The notes below the pieces were generated by a model. It saw only the letters and a list, made by a program, of their open reading frames with translations. It searched no databases and was not told the DNA's origin. The position numbers and the translations under genes were made by a program. Below are positions 8,674 through 18,644 of a DNA stretch of 40,340 nt, piece by piece. Each line of letters begins with the position of its first letter. The stretch's first letter is position 1. Source of the stretch: a virus; UHGV virus genome UHGV-0384112. One strand, given 5' to 3'.

Positions 8674-11600
8674 ATGGCTAAAAAGAGAACAGAAGCAGAA
8701 GTAACTTTCATAGCTAACGATGACGGATTGAAATCTACGTTAAAAGAAATCAGTGCTGAATTAACTAAAAATAGAGCAGAATTAAAACTAGAACAAGCTC
8801 AATTACAACAGACTGGTTCTGAATCAGACAAGTTAGGAAGTAAATTATCTTCTTTAGAAAAGCAGTATGAATTACAAAGTCAAAAAGTTGAAGTAACTAG
8901 CCAACGTTTAGCCAATGCGAAAAAATATTATGGAGAAAATTCCACCGAAGTTCAGAAACTTGAAAGAGAACTGATTAATCAACAAACAGCGCAACAACGT
9001 TTGTCAAACGAAATTGATAAAACGAGTAATGCACTAGCTCAAGCAAAAGGCGAAATACAGACGTACGAGTCTACAATGCAACAGTTGGATAGCGAACAAA
9101 AAAATGTTCAAGCTAGTGCTTCTCTGATTGAATCCGAATACAAAAAATGGCAAGCAACTGCTGGTCAATCAGCTTCTGAAGCCGAGAAATTAGCGAAAGC
9201 CCAAGAATATGTTTCTCAACAATCTGAAAATGCGGAGAAAACGATAGATATCCTAAGACGACAGTTAGAAGCTACACAGTCTGAATTTGGCGCTACATCC
9301 ACAGAAGCAATGCAGATGGAAGCGAAGCTTAATGATGCTGAACGTGAATTTGAAGAGTTAGGACAAGCTGCTAAAAATGTAGATACAACTAACTTGGACG
9401 ATATCGGAAGCAAAATAGATATGAATAATTTAATGGAAGCTTCTGACGTTTTAAGCGACATTGGCGATAAGCTTACAGAATTAGGGAAACAAGCAGTGGA
9501 CTCTGCTAACAGTGTAGGTAGTTCCCAGAGTAAGATACAAGCTAATTTTGGTTTGTCTAAACAAGAGGCTGAAGAATTAACGAATGTAGCCAGAGACATT
9601 TATTATAAAGGTTTTGGAGAATCGTTAGATCAGTCCACAGATGCATTGATTTTGGTAAAGCGTAATTTAGGAGATTTAAATAATCAAGATTTACAAAATA
9701 TCACGGAACAAGCTATGGTCCTAGAAAACACCATGGGCGCTGATATGGATGAAACGTTACGTGGTGTAAATGGCTTAATGGTCAATTTCGGCTTGAGTGC
9801 TCAAGATGCAATGGATTTAATGGTTTCGGGTACTCAAAACGGTTTAGATAAAACGCACGAATTAGGCGACAATATGGCAGAATATAGCCAATTATGGAGT
9901 CAAATGGGATATTCAGCTGATGAAACGTTCGGAATGCTTCAAAATGGTTTAGATGCGGGTGCTTATAACCTTGATAAAGTCAATGACTTAGTTAAGGAAA
10001 TGGGAATATCGTTAACAGATGGTCGATTTGAGCAAAACATGGATATGTTTAGTGAAAGTACTAGAAAAGCTTTTGAAGAGTGGAAAAATGGCGGAGGAAC
10101 ACAAAAAGACGTTATTAATTCCATGATTCAAGATTTTAGCAATATGGATGGTCAATACGACCAATTAAATAAAGCTTCGACAATTTGGTCTGCGCTTGGC
10201 GAAGATAATGCGATGAAAGTTGTCCAATCTTTAACTGATGTTAACCATACATTTGATGATGTTAGTGGATCTGCACAAAAAATGAATGAAGATTCTACTA
10301 CTCCGTTGCAAGAGTTGAACGGGAAAATAGCTGAATTAAAGGATTCATTAGCTCCTATAGGCAACACAATCATAGATGCACTCGAACCAGTAATTGATTT
10401 TCTAGGAAAGATGGCTGATGCGTTTAATAATCTTCCACAACCAGTACAGGATTTCATTGTTGCTATAGGTGGTCTTACAGCAGCATTTGGCATACTGTTA
10501 CCGGCAATACTAGCCGTGTCATATTTATTTGGTCCGATGATGCTTATAATTGGAGGAATTATAGCTGTTATAGCAGGCGTTATTGTGGCAATTAAGAACT
10601 GGGGTGCAATTACTGACTGGTTTAGTGGTTTATGGAAAAAATTTACTGATTGGTTGGGTGATACTTGGGAAAGTATAAAAGACGGAGCCTCATCAGTTTG
10701 GGATGGGGTTAAAGAAACCTGGTCTGGATTTGTAGATTGGGTTCAAGATATTTGGCAAGGAGTTTCTGATTGGTTTGGAGAGCTATGGAGCGGATTAGTT
10801 GAAGGAGCTTCCAACATCTGGCAAGGAGTCCAAGAAACTTGGCAAACATTCGTTGATTGGGTTTCAAATATTTGGAACGGAGTCAAAGAAGTATGGTCGA
10901 TTATTTGGGCAGACATTGTAGGAATTGTTCAAATACCATGGACATTAATAACGTCATTGATTCAAGCTGGTATTAATATTATCGTGGGTATTTTTGATGT
11001 AGCTGGACAGTTATTGGGCGCAGCTTGGCAAGCTGTTTGGACACCTATTTCTGATTTCCTTAAAAATACTTGGGATACTATGACACAATGGATAAGTATC
11101 GCTTGGAATGGGATTGTAACTACATTCCATACTATATTTGATCCAGTAGTGGCATGGTGGAATGGTATATGGACAGCTATTAGTACTACGGCTTCAAATA
11201 TTTGGAATTCAATTAGTGCAACAGCTTCTAGTATTTGGAACAGTATCAAGAATACAATCACTAGCTTGGTACAAGCAGCTGCTACAGTAATTCAAAATAT
11301 TTGGTCAACTGTATCTAGTTGGTTAGGTGGAATTTGGAATTCAATCAGCTCTACAGCATCAAATATCTGGAATAGTGTGACTAGTAGTATAAGCAATGCT
11401 ATAAACGCAGCTAAAAGTGCCATTCAAAGTGTTTGGAATAGTATATCTTCGTGGATTAGCGGAATTTGGAACGGTATCAAAAATACTGCTTTGAATCTTT
11501 GGAATGGAATTACAAGCACTATTAGCTCTAAAGTAAACGATGGAAAAAATGCAATTTCAAGCGGTTGGTCCAATCTAACAGGTATTGTTTCCGACATATT

Positions 11601-12105
11601 CAATAATGTTAAAAGTACAATTGCTAACATATGGGAAGGCATCAAAAAGACTGTTAGCGCTCCAATTGATTGGATTAGAGACAAAATCAGTGGCATTTTT
11701 GATAATTTGAATATTTCTATACCACATATTCCGTTACCGGAATTTATCATGGAAGGCAGCTTTAACCCGCTAAAAGGTCAAATCCCCCATTTGCGTGTAA
11801 AATGGCATGCTAAAGGAGGTATCTTTACTAAACCAACTTTACTAGGTGGAATGAACGGTGTCGGTGAAGCAGGACCTGAAGCAGTTTTACCTTTGAAAAG
11901 ATCTGTTTTGCAAGAAATTGGTGATCGTATCTTGAGTAGCACATCAGTTTCATCTAGGGCACAAACGATTCAACCTGTGAATAACTACGAATTCAATTTC
12001 ACAATTGATGGTAACGCAGATGAGGTTACTATGAAGCAAACAACTCAACAAATCATTGATAGCATTACAAAAATTCAAAATGATAATGCTTCGGCATGGC
12101 GTTAA
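8674..12105 (+). CDS. tail tape measure protein
   Basis: 1143 aa with an N-terminal coiled coil, a central hydrophobic/TM segment and a long Trp-periodic repeat region. It follows the G/GT chaperone. Confidence 0.9.
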   Translation: MAKKRTEAEVTFIANDDGLKSTLKEISAELTKNRAELKLEQAQLQQTGSESDKLGSKLSSLEKQYELQSQKVEVTSQRLANAKKYYGENSTEVQKLERELINQQTAQQRLSNEIDKTSNALAQAKGEIQTYESTMQQLDSEQKNVQASASLIESEYKKWQATAGQSASEAEKLAKAQEYVSQQSENAEKTIDILRRQLEATQSEFGATSTEAMQMEAKLNDAEREFEELGQAAKNVDTTNLDDIGSKIDMNNLMEASDVLSDIGDKLTELGKQAVDSANSVGSSQSKIQANFGLSKQEAEELTNVARDIYYKGFGESLDQSTDALILVKRNLGDLNNQDLQNITEQAMVLENTMGADMDETLRGVNGLMVNFGLSAQDAMDLMVSGTQNGLDKTHELGDNMAEYSQLWSQMGYSADETFGMLQNGLDAGAYNLDKVNDLVKEMGISLTDGRFEQNMDMFSESTRKAFEEWKNGGGTQKDVINSMIQDFSNMDGQYDQLNKASTIWSALGEDNAMKVVQSLTDVNHTFDDVSGSAQKMNEDSTTPLQELNGKIAELKDSLAPIGNTIIDALEPVIDFLGKMADAFNNLPQPVQDFIVAIGGLTAAFGILLPAILAVSYLFGPMMLIIGGIIAVIAGVIVAIKNWGAITDWFSGLWKKFTDWLGDTWESIKDGASSVWDGVKETWSGFVDWVQDIWQGVSDWFGELWSGLVEGASNIWQGVQETWQTFVDWVSNIWNGVKEVWSIIWADIVGIVQIPWTLITSLIQAGINIIVGIFDVAGQLLGAAWQAVWTPISDFLKNTWDTMTQWISIAWNGIVTTFHTIFDPVVAWWNGIWTAISTTASNIWNSISATASSIWNSIKNTITSLVQAAATVIQNIWSTVSSWLGGIWNSISSTASNIWNSVTSSISNAINAAKSAIQSVWNSISSWISGIWNGIKNTALNLWNGITSTISSKVNDGKNAISSGWSNLTGIVSDIFNNVKSTIANIWEGIKKTVSAPIDWIRDKISGIFDNLNISIPHIPLPEFIMEGSFNPLKGQIPHLRVKWHAKGGIFTKPTLLGGMNGVGEAGPEAVLPLKRSVLQEIGDRILSSTSVSSRAQTIQPVNNYEFNFTIDGNADEVTMKQTTQQIIDSITKIQNDNASAWR
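10610..11700 (+). repeat. about 33-bp (11-aa) periodic repeats inside the tape measure (…W..I..G.S..W.GVK.TW…)
   Basis: Dozens of 11-residue units with conserved W/F/I positions (DWFSGLW, DWLGDTW, SVWDGVKETW, DWVQDIW, IWNSISS…). A typical TMP length-ruler repeat. Confidence 0.7.
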
Positions 12106-12132
12106 ACAGGAGAGTATTTCTCCTGTTTTTTT
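12105..12132 (+). terminator. rho-independent terminator/attenuator after TMP
   Basis: Hairpin AACAGGAGA-gtat-TCTCCTGTT followed by a T7 run. Confidence 0.6.
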
Positions 12133-12155
12133 AGTATTAAAAAGGATGTGAAAAA

Positions 12156-12893
12156 ATGACTGATTGTATACATTCTATAATCGATGGATTTCCTGATTAT
12201 TTGCATAAATTGGCTTTAGCTGAAAGACCAACCATACCTTCTCCAAAAAGACAGAGAGTTGAAACTTCTGTTTTAGGTAGGTTAGGTGGCTTAGTACAAG
12301 ATTACTCGTTTGAAGATATGTCGTTTACATTGCACTATAACTATTTAGAGGATGTGGAAGACCATCAAGCGTTCAAGCAATCGTTTTATATCATGCGTCA
12401 TTGGTTAAACTATGCAAAGAAATTAGAATTCTCTGACGATCCCAACGTCTATTACGTTATCCAGACTATCGATATTGGGGATGCAGAAAACGATATTGTT
12501 GAATGGGGAGAGTTCGATGTAAATATTACTGCGAAACCATTCGCAAGAGTTCAAGAAGATGTACCTATAACCGTAGATAAACCACAGTCATTTAACTTGC
12601 TGAATAATAGTTTAGAAGAAAGTTTTCCAAAGATTATCATCACTCCTTCAGCTACTTCATGCCAGTTCATCTTAAATGATTATGTGTTTAGTTTCGAAGG
12701 CTTAGTAGCAGGAACTGATGTAGTCATTGATAGTGATTTGATGCTTTGCTACGAAGAGCAATCGGACGGAGATATTTTAGATCGGTCCAACAAAATGAAG
12801 ACCATGCAATATCCGACATTGCAAGTGGATATCAATCATTTTAATTGCACTGGTTTGAGCAAAATACAAATTTATCGTAACGGGTTAAGGTAG
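12156..12893 (+). CDS. distal tail protein (Dit)
   Basis: 245 aa directly after the TMP. Canonical siphovirus order TMP-Dit-Tal. Confidence 0.6.
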   Translation: MTDCIHSIIDGFPDYLHKLALAERPTIPSPKRQRVETSVLGRLGGLVQDYSFEDMSFTLHYNYLEDVEDHQAFKQSFYIMRHWLNYAKKLEFSDDPNVYYVIQTIDIGDAENDIVEWGEFDVNITAKPFARVQEDVPITVDKPQSFNLLNNSLEESFPKIIITPSATSCQFILNDYVFSFEGLVAGTDVVIDSDLMLCYEEQSDGDILDRSNKMKTMQYPTLQVDINHFNCTGLSKIQIYRNGLR

Positions 12894-12902
12894 GTGAAAT
12901 AG

Positions 12903-15194
12903 ATGATCGATAATTTAATAACTATTTACGATAAAAATGACGCGAATAATTTAGCTGAACATTTATATGATACGCAAGGTTTAGGCGCTTTGTCAGACTG
13001 GTTAACAGCTACTGTTAGCAATAAACTAAACGGAGCCGAGATATTTCAGGGTACTTATTCAATAAACGGAACTAATGCAGATTTGATTGTAGACGGACGT
13101 ATTATTCAGTGTTATGTAGATGAAAATCGAGCAAAACAGCGTCTACGGATTTATTATGCAAAAACTTCTGTAATAGGCAATACGATAGAAGTAAAAGCTG
13201 AACCTATTTTCAATGATATAAGAAAATCGGTGTTGAATAAATATGACAGCGGAACAGAAAAGATCACTGCTACTCAGGCATGGCAAAACGCAAAAGTTTT
13301 AGCGAAACCAGCTATCCCTTCGCAGTTTTCTTTCTCGTCATTAGTAGATACGCTTGCTAATGTGAAGATAGAAAAGGCGAATTTTTTAGAATTCTTTGGT
13401 GGAAAAGAGGGATCTATTCTAGATCGATTTCATGGTGAGTTTCTAAAAGATAATAACACATTACGTCATGAAAAAAGTCTAGGTACGGATCATAAAATCA
13501 AAGCGATTTATACTAAAAACTTAACTGGTCTTGACTTAGAGATTGATGCTCAAAGTGTTTTAGTTGGAGTTTATCCATTCATTAGCAGCTCTTCAGAAGG
13601 AGAAGACGAGATCACTCTACCAGAAGAAGTTATTTTCACGGATTACGTGGATGATTATCCTGCTGGATATGTTTCTTTTGTTGATTTTAAAGACAAAGCG
13701 ACTGATGTAGCCACATTAAGGGAAGCTGCTAAAGACTGGTTGAAAACAAACATAGATAAACAAAAACCACAAGTGAGTGGTTCGATTGAATTAGTACCAT
13801 TGAGGCATCAAAGAGGCTATGAAAAATTTGTTGATCTAGAAAAAGTTTCGATGGGTGACGGAGTAGATGTGTATCATCCACAGTTAAAAGTGAATATGTC
13901 AGCGAGAATTGTGGAATATACGTTTAATGTTCTAACCAATTCATACGATAAATTAGTTGTAGGAAACGTCAAAACAAACTTCTTAGAAAACACAGAGAAT
14001 AATGTCAGCAATTTGATTAATGATGCCATTGATCAATTGAAAAACGGTGGCGAAATCAGTGATTTACTCAATGATATTGTAGATCATCAAACTGATATGA
14101 TTACTGGTCAAAATGGTGGTTATGTTTTATTAGATCCTAAAGAAGCGCCTAGTCGTATTTTGATTATGGACACACCAGATAAGAATACCGCAAGGAATGT
14201 TTTACAAATCAACAATGCTGGTATTGGTTTTTCTAAAACTGGCATTAATGGAACATATGAAACGGCATGGACGTTAGATGGCGGATTCAATGCCTCGTTT
14301 ATTACGGCTGGTGAAATAGTAGGAATTACTATTAGAGGTACTACATTAATTAGTGATGGTGCTGATTATAGAACAAGTATTGCTAATGGCAAAATGACTT
14401 GGTACTCAAAAAAAGTTAACAAAGATATTATGGAGCTAGAAGCACGTGATTATGTAAGTGCTGATGCCGGTATTGTATCATACACCATGAAAACTGGTGG
14501 TGGTTTCATGATTAGAAATCCACAGGGTAACTTGGTTTTTAGTACGTGGGATAATGGTAATAACAGACCGTTTCTATCTTTTGGTGCGCCCAATTTCAGG
14601 TATAGCAATGCTAGTTATGTAACTTCTGGCGACGGTAGTTCTTTAAGCATTAATGGTAGTGCGGGTAACTCATGGGAATTTAAGGTAGCTGGTAGGACTA
14701 TGAAATTTACTAGTGATGGTATGCTAACGTTACCAGGTTGTTTTTTTGGTTCATGGGAAGATGGGAAACTTGCTAGGTTTGAACAATCAACGGTACAAGT
14801 ATATAAAGATTTTACTGTTAGAGGTACTAAAAACTCAACTGTACCAACAGAACATTATGGACAACGACTATTGAACGCTTATGAAACTCCAGAATATTAT
14901 TTCGCTGATTATGGGGAAGCCGTTACAGGTGACAATGGTAAAGTTCGTGTTGATATTGACCCCATGTTTGCTGAAACAGTAAATCTAAGTCGGTATATGA
15001 CACATGTGACACCTACAGAACTAGTTTTGTGTGCTGTTACTCATGAAGATATTGACCATTTCATCATTGAAACTAGTAAGCCAAACGTATTAGTTAGATG
15101 GAATTTAGTGGCACACCGTCTAGGGTATGAAGATATTAGATTAAAAGAGGATACAGCATATGATAGCACAGTGCTTGACCAAAAACGTTTTTAA
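12903..15194 (+). CDS. tail-associated protein / tail endopeptidase-like (Tal)
   Basis: 763 aa following Dit. Canonical position and size. Confidence 0.6.
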   Translation: MIDNLITIYDKNDANNLAEHLYDTQGLGALSDWLTATVSNKLNGAEIFQGTYSINGTNADLIVDGRIIQCYVDENRAKQRLRIYYAKTSVIGNTIEVKAEPIFNDIRKSVLNKYDSGTEKITATQAWQNAKVLAKPAIPSQFSFSSLVDTLANVKIEKANFLEFFGGKEGSILDRFHGEFLKDNNTLRHEKSLGTDHKIKAIYTKNLTGLDLEIDAQSVLVGVYPFISSSSEGEDEITLPEEVIFTDYVDDYPAGYVSFVDFKDKATDVATLREAAKDWLKTNIDKQKPQVSGSIELVPLRHQRGYEKFVDLEKVSMGDGVDVYHPQLKVNMSARIVEYTFNVLTNSYDKLVVGNVKTNFLENTENNVSNLINDAIDQLKNGGEISDLLNDIVDHQTDMITGQNGGYVLLDPKEAPSRILIMDTPDKNTARNVLQINNAGIGFSKTGINGTYETAWTLDGGFNASFITAGEIVGITIRGTTLISDGADYRTSIANGKMTWYSKKVNKDIMELEARDYVSADAGIVSYTMKTGGGFMIRNPQGNLVFSTWDNGNNRPFLSFGAPNFRYSNASYVTSGDGSSLSINGSAGNSWEFKVAGRTMKFTSDGMLTLPGCFFGSWEDGKLARFEQSTVQVYKDFTVRGTKNSTVPTEHYGQRLLNAYETPEYYFADYGEAVTGDNGKVRVDIDPMFAETVNLSRYMTHVTPTELVLCAVTHEDIDHFIIETSKPNVLVRWNLVAHRLGYEDIRLKEDTAYDSTVLDQKRF

Positions 15195-15217
15195 AACGAA
15201 GACAAGGAGGTATATAA

Positions 15218-17344
15218 ATGGCTAGCAGTTTATATAATTTGGCTTTAGATTTCAGCAAAGAATTAAACTACACCAAAGCTATTATGGCTCGTCAAGGTGA
15301 TAAAGGGATTACGGTGACGGTTAAACCGTTTCTAAATGGCTTGCAGATGGATACGAGTGGCGGAACATTTACTTTAAAAGGAACAACACCATCTAACCGT
15401 TACGTAGATAATGTTGCAACTAGTGTAACTAGTGAAGAAGTCACGTTTTCTCTTGATGGCACATTTATGAGTGAAGCAGGATATTATAAACACTGCTACG
15501 TAGAATATAGAAAAGACAATCAAATTTTAACAACGCAAGATATCATTTTTTTCTCACTAGGAGTGTCTGACATTTCGCAAGGCCAAGCCGATGAATATGT
15601 TTCGCAATTAGAAGAGTTGATTCGAAAGTACAACGAAACTTTTGATGCTTTTATGGCTGAAATCAAAGGTAGAGTGGATAGCTTAAATCAACAGATTACT
15701 GATTTAACTGGTCAAGCTAAAACGCTACAAGACAAGTTAGATGCTCTGAAAGAAGAAATTTCTAAGTTAGGTAACTTACAAGTGATGTACAGTAACAGCA
15801 TCGACTTCGGGGACTATGATTATTCGGAGAACCCGAATTTAATGCCATATATTACAGAACCTTGGGTTGGACCTTTGTTAGGTAATGGACATACAGTTAA
15901 AGATAGTGTTAAAAGGGTTATAACTCATACTAAAACTAGAACAGCTAATTCCGGCGACATATTATCGCTTGGCTTAGGTATTCCGTGTACAGCGGAAGCT
16001 AATAATAGGTATCTTATAACCACTTTACGACCATCTACGACATACACATTAAGCGTTACTATGAGTGTCGGTTCAGATTGGACTGGAGAGACCAATACTA
16101 TAGGGGTTAGGCTTAGATATTTAAATGAACAAGGTGGTATAGAACTGCCCATTAATGCATTAATACCAGCAAATGTAGAACGCGATAAAATGGTCACTCA
16201 TACATTTACTGGTATAACAAAAGATAATGTAACTAGCATAACAAACTGTTATGTTGAAATATTCTCACTTAATAGTGAATATAAAGGAACGGTTAGTGTC
16301 AGCTATGACGTTAAGTTAAAAGCACACTACCCTAACTTACTAGATGGCCCTTACTGGTTAGGTAAAGTTCCTTTAGGCGAGAATATTGCTGACCCTACAG
16401 TTGTCTTTCCACACAAAACTAGTGAATATATGGTTTATGGTAGACGCAATACAGAAAACTATATCGCTGACCAAACATATACCATATCAATGAAAGCAAC
16501 TAAACTAACAGTTCAATCGTTTGCCGTGTATATTGCTGCTGGCCGCGTTAAAGTAGGAGACATGAAGCCTACTGAGGGGTTAGCTAATACATGGGAGTTA
16601 ACTTTTACTGTAACTAAGCAACATATAGATAGTGGGGTAACTAATTATCTGGAAATATACCAATACCCGTCAGCTACAAAAGGAGCTGTTCAAATTGAGT
16701 GGCTCAAACTAGAAAAAGGCAATACTCGAACCCCGAATATTAGTGAGTATAAATATCGTGGTACTGGTATGCGTGATTCAAACAATCCAAAAGATTATGT
16801 TTGGGATCTAGCACCAGAATATGTCGAAGATAATTTGGCCACAGATATTAAAATTTCTGAAATTACTGGTAAAGCAAACAATTATACCGATGGGAAAGTA
16901 TCGGAGATTAATTCGCAGTTGACTGCTTCAATTAATGAAGTAGACACCACAGCTAAGGATGCTCAAACAAAAGCGAATGCTAATGCGACTGCTATAGATG
17001 AATTAGACAATAAGATCGATGAACGCATTAATGATACAGCTACTACCACATTAACAGTTACAAACGGGAATACCGGATCAGCAAAGCTTTATCGTGAAGG
17101 AAAAACAGTTTCTATATATTTTGTGGCTTTAAACGGAAAAAGCAGTGGTGGAAATGATTCAACGATACTAACAATTCCAGAAGGCTATCGGCCACCAATT
17201 AGTTTTGAGCAACTGGTTGGCTCGATAGACCGTTCTACTTTGAACAGTGCTCAGTTATCTATTGGTGCAGATGGAGCCATTAAATGGCGAAGAAACTCAA
17301 GTTATGGATCGGATTATACCTTTGCAATTACTTACACGATTTAG
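15218..17344 (+). CDS. baseplate upper / receptor-binding protein (BppU-like N-terminus, central coiled coil, C-terminal beta-rich domain)
   Basis: N-terminus MASSLYNLALDFSKELNYTKAIMARQGDKG resembles the BppU N-domain. There is a coiled-coil stretch around residues 120-190. 708 aa. Confidence 0.6.
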   Translation: MASSLYNLALDFSKELNYTKAIMARQGDKGITVTVKPFLNGLQMDTSGGTFTLKGTTPSNRYVDNVATSVTSEEVTFSLDGTFMSEAGYYKHCYVEYRKDNQILTTQDIIFFSLGVSDISQGQADEYVSQLEELIRKYNETFDAFMAEIKGRVDSLNQQITDLTGQAKTLQDKLDALKEEISKLGNLQVMYSNSIDFGDYDYSENPNLMPYITEPWVGPLLGNGHTVKDSVKRVITHTKTRTANSGDILSLGLGIPCTAEANNRYLITTLRPSTTYTLSVTMSVGSDWTGETNTIGVRLRYLNEQGGIELPINALIPANVERDKMVTHTFTGITKDNVTSITNCYVEIFSLNSEYKGTVSVSYDVKLKAHYPNLLDGPYWLGKVPLGENIADPTVVFPHKTSEYMVYGRRNTENYIADQTYTISMKATKLTVQSFAVYIAAGRVKVGDMKPTEGLANTWELTFTVTKQHIDSGVTNYLEIYQYPSATKGAVQIEWLKLEKGNTRTPNISEYKYRGTGMRDSNNPKDYVWDLAPEYVEDNLATDIKISEITGKANNYTDGKVSEINSQLTASINEVDTTAKDAQTKANANATAIDELDNKIDERINDTATTTLTVTNGNTGSAKLYREGKTVSIYFVALNGKSSGGNDSTILTIPEGYRPPISFEQLVGSIDRSTLNSAQLSIGADGAIKWRRNSSYGSDYTFAITYTI

Positions 17345-17360
17345 AAAAGCGTGAATCGAT

Positions 17361-17510
17361 ATGAAGGCAGCATATAGACCAATTGAACCTTACGGATTCG
17401 AGCAAATCATTGTGAATGATGAAGAACATTTACCGGAAGAATGCACAGAAGTCGAACCACCGATTCCAAATTGGAAACCGAAATTCAATTACTGGGAGGG
17501 AAATAAATGA
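17361..17510 (+). CDS. small hypothetical protein (49 aa)
   Basis: ORF found by hand, MKAAYRPIEPYGF…NYWEGNK. Its stop overlaps the next start (ATGA coupling). Below the ORF-track size cutoff. Confidence 0.35.
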   Translation: MKAAYRPIEPYGFEQIIVNDEEHLPEECTEVEPPIPNWKPKFNYWEGNK

Positions 17511-17953
17511 AAAACATTTGGAAATATGGACGTACTGGCGGAGAGTACGCAGGAAAAGTATTGGACGACATGCTTGTATCCGTTCCTTACACAGATCAGC
17601 CACCGCTTGAAGGAATTCGTGCTGATGGCGAACCGTTAACAATCGCTGATCAAATGTTTGATCCTAAATTGAATCAATGGATTATTTTAGCGAACGCACT
17701 AGATCACAACGATTTAAACAATCTCAAAGCAATGTATGAGTCGTTAGAAAATGAGAACGGCGATTTAAAACAGATCAATGCCAAACTCATGCTAAGCGAT
17801 GTAGCAATTAAACAGGAAAATACTGCATTGAAAGAAAAAGCGGATAGTTTAGCACAAATCAATTCAAAAATGATGCTTGCTTCGTTACAAAATAGCAAAG
17901 ACATTTCAGAAATTAAAGAGCAACTAAATCCAGCTTCAAAGGGAGGTGAGTAG
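17507..17953 (+). CDS. hypothetical tail-fibre-associated coiled-coil protein
   Basis: 148 aa with a coiled-coil C-terminal half. It lies between the receptor-binding protein and the XkdX-like gene. Confidence 0.5.
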   Translation: MKNIWKYGRTGGEYAGKVLDDMLVSVPYTDQPPLEGIRADGEPLTIADQMFDPKLNQWIILANALDHNDLNNLKAMYESLENENGDLKQINAKLMLSDVAIKQENTALKEKADSLAQINSKMMLASLQNSKDISEIKEQLNPASKGGE

Positions 17954-17954
17954 T

Positions 17955-18092
17955 ATGTTTAGTTTTAGCGATGTGAAAATGATGTATGATTGGGGCTGTT
18001 TCACTAACGAACAAGTAATGGTTTTCGTTCCGTTGTGCATTACTGAAGAAAAAGCAGATAAAATCATTAGCAAAGAAGAGAGCGCATCTTAA
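17955..18092 (+). CDS. XkdX-family small phage protein (45 aa)
   Basis: Found by hand: MFSFSDVKMMYDWGCFTNEQVMVFVPLCITEEKADKIISKEESAS. The pattern (W..C.T.E.V..FV……IT.E…I) and the position after the tail fibre match XkdX. RBS GGGAGGTGAG. Confidence 0.5.
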   Translation: MFSFSDVKMMYDWGCFTNEQVMVFVPLCITEEKADKIISKEESAS

Positions 18093-18129
18093 TTGATGTG
18101 CTTTTTATTTTGATTCAAGGAGTTGTCAC

Positions 18130-18423
18130 ATGATTAATTTAGGGGAATGGGGAGCGATAGCAGGATCAATAACCGCTATCGTTTCTTTGATTTTATTAGT
18201 AATAAAACCAATTACTGCATCTTTCTCGAAGATTACTGAGACTCTTTCAAAAGTAAGTCACAATTTAGATTTGCTGACTAAAGATTTAGAATCGAGCAAA
18301 TCAGATCGATTGATGATTCATGAAGAACTAAAGAAACACGATGAAAGATTAGATACACATGCAGAAAAATTGGTAGAACACACGCAACAAATTAAAACTT
18401 TATTTAGGGAGAGAAGAAAATGA
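18130..18423 (+). CDS. lysis-cassette membrane protein (N-terminal TM plus coiled coil; holin-like)
   Basis: One N-terminal TM helix (GAIAGSITAIVSLILLVI). Immediately upstream of, and overlapping, the holin. Confidence 0.45.
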   Translation: MINLGEWGAIAGSITAIVSLILLVIKPITASFSKITETLSKVSHNLDLLTKDLESSKSDRLMIHEELKKHDERLDTHAEKLVEHTQQIKTLFRERRK

Positions 18424-18644
18424 ATAATAAAACGTTCGAAGTACTAAAATGGTTCGCACTGGTAATTATTCCCGCACTAGCTACTTTCGTGGGGTTAGTT
18501 GGTAAAGCGCTCAATTGGCAGTACACAGATATCTGTGTTGTCATCATTACTGGTTTTGGCGCGTTTTTAGGGAGTGTGTTGGGTGTATCAAATCGAACCT
18601 ACAAAATGTTCTCGGCTGAAAGCGAAGAAGGAGGAAACAAATGA
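18420..18644 (+). CDS. holin (two TM segments)
   Basis: 74 aa with two hydrophobic helices and a charged C-terminus. Directly upstream of, and overlapping, the endolysin. Confidence 0.6.
   Translation: MNNKTFEVLKWFALVIIPALATFVGLVGKALNWQYTDICVVIITGFGAFLGSVLGVSNRTYKMFSAESEEGGNK

Noticed and set aside
9216-11750. Minus-strand ORFs inside the tape measure gene (9216..9599, 10152..10493, 10962..11261, 11424..11750)
   Set aside because: They are antisense to a very confidently coding 3.4-kb gene and have no RBS. They are artefacts of the repeat-rich, low-complexity TMP sequence.
17416-17904. ORFs 17416..17610 (+), 17430..17642 (-) and 17704..17904 (-)
   Set aside because: They overlap better-supported co-directional genes (17361..17510 and 17507..17953) that have translational coupling, and have no RBS.
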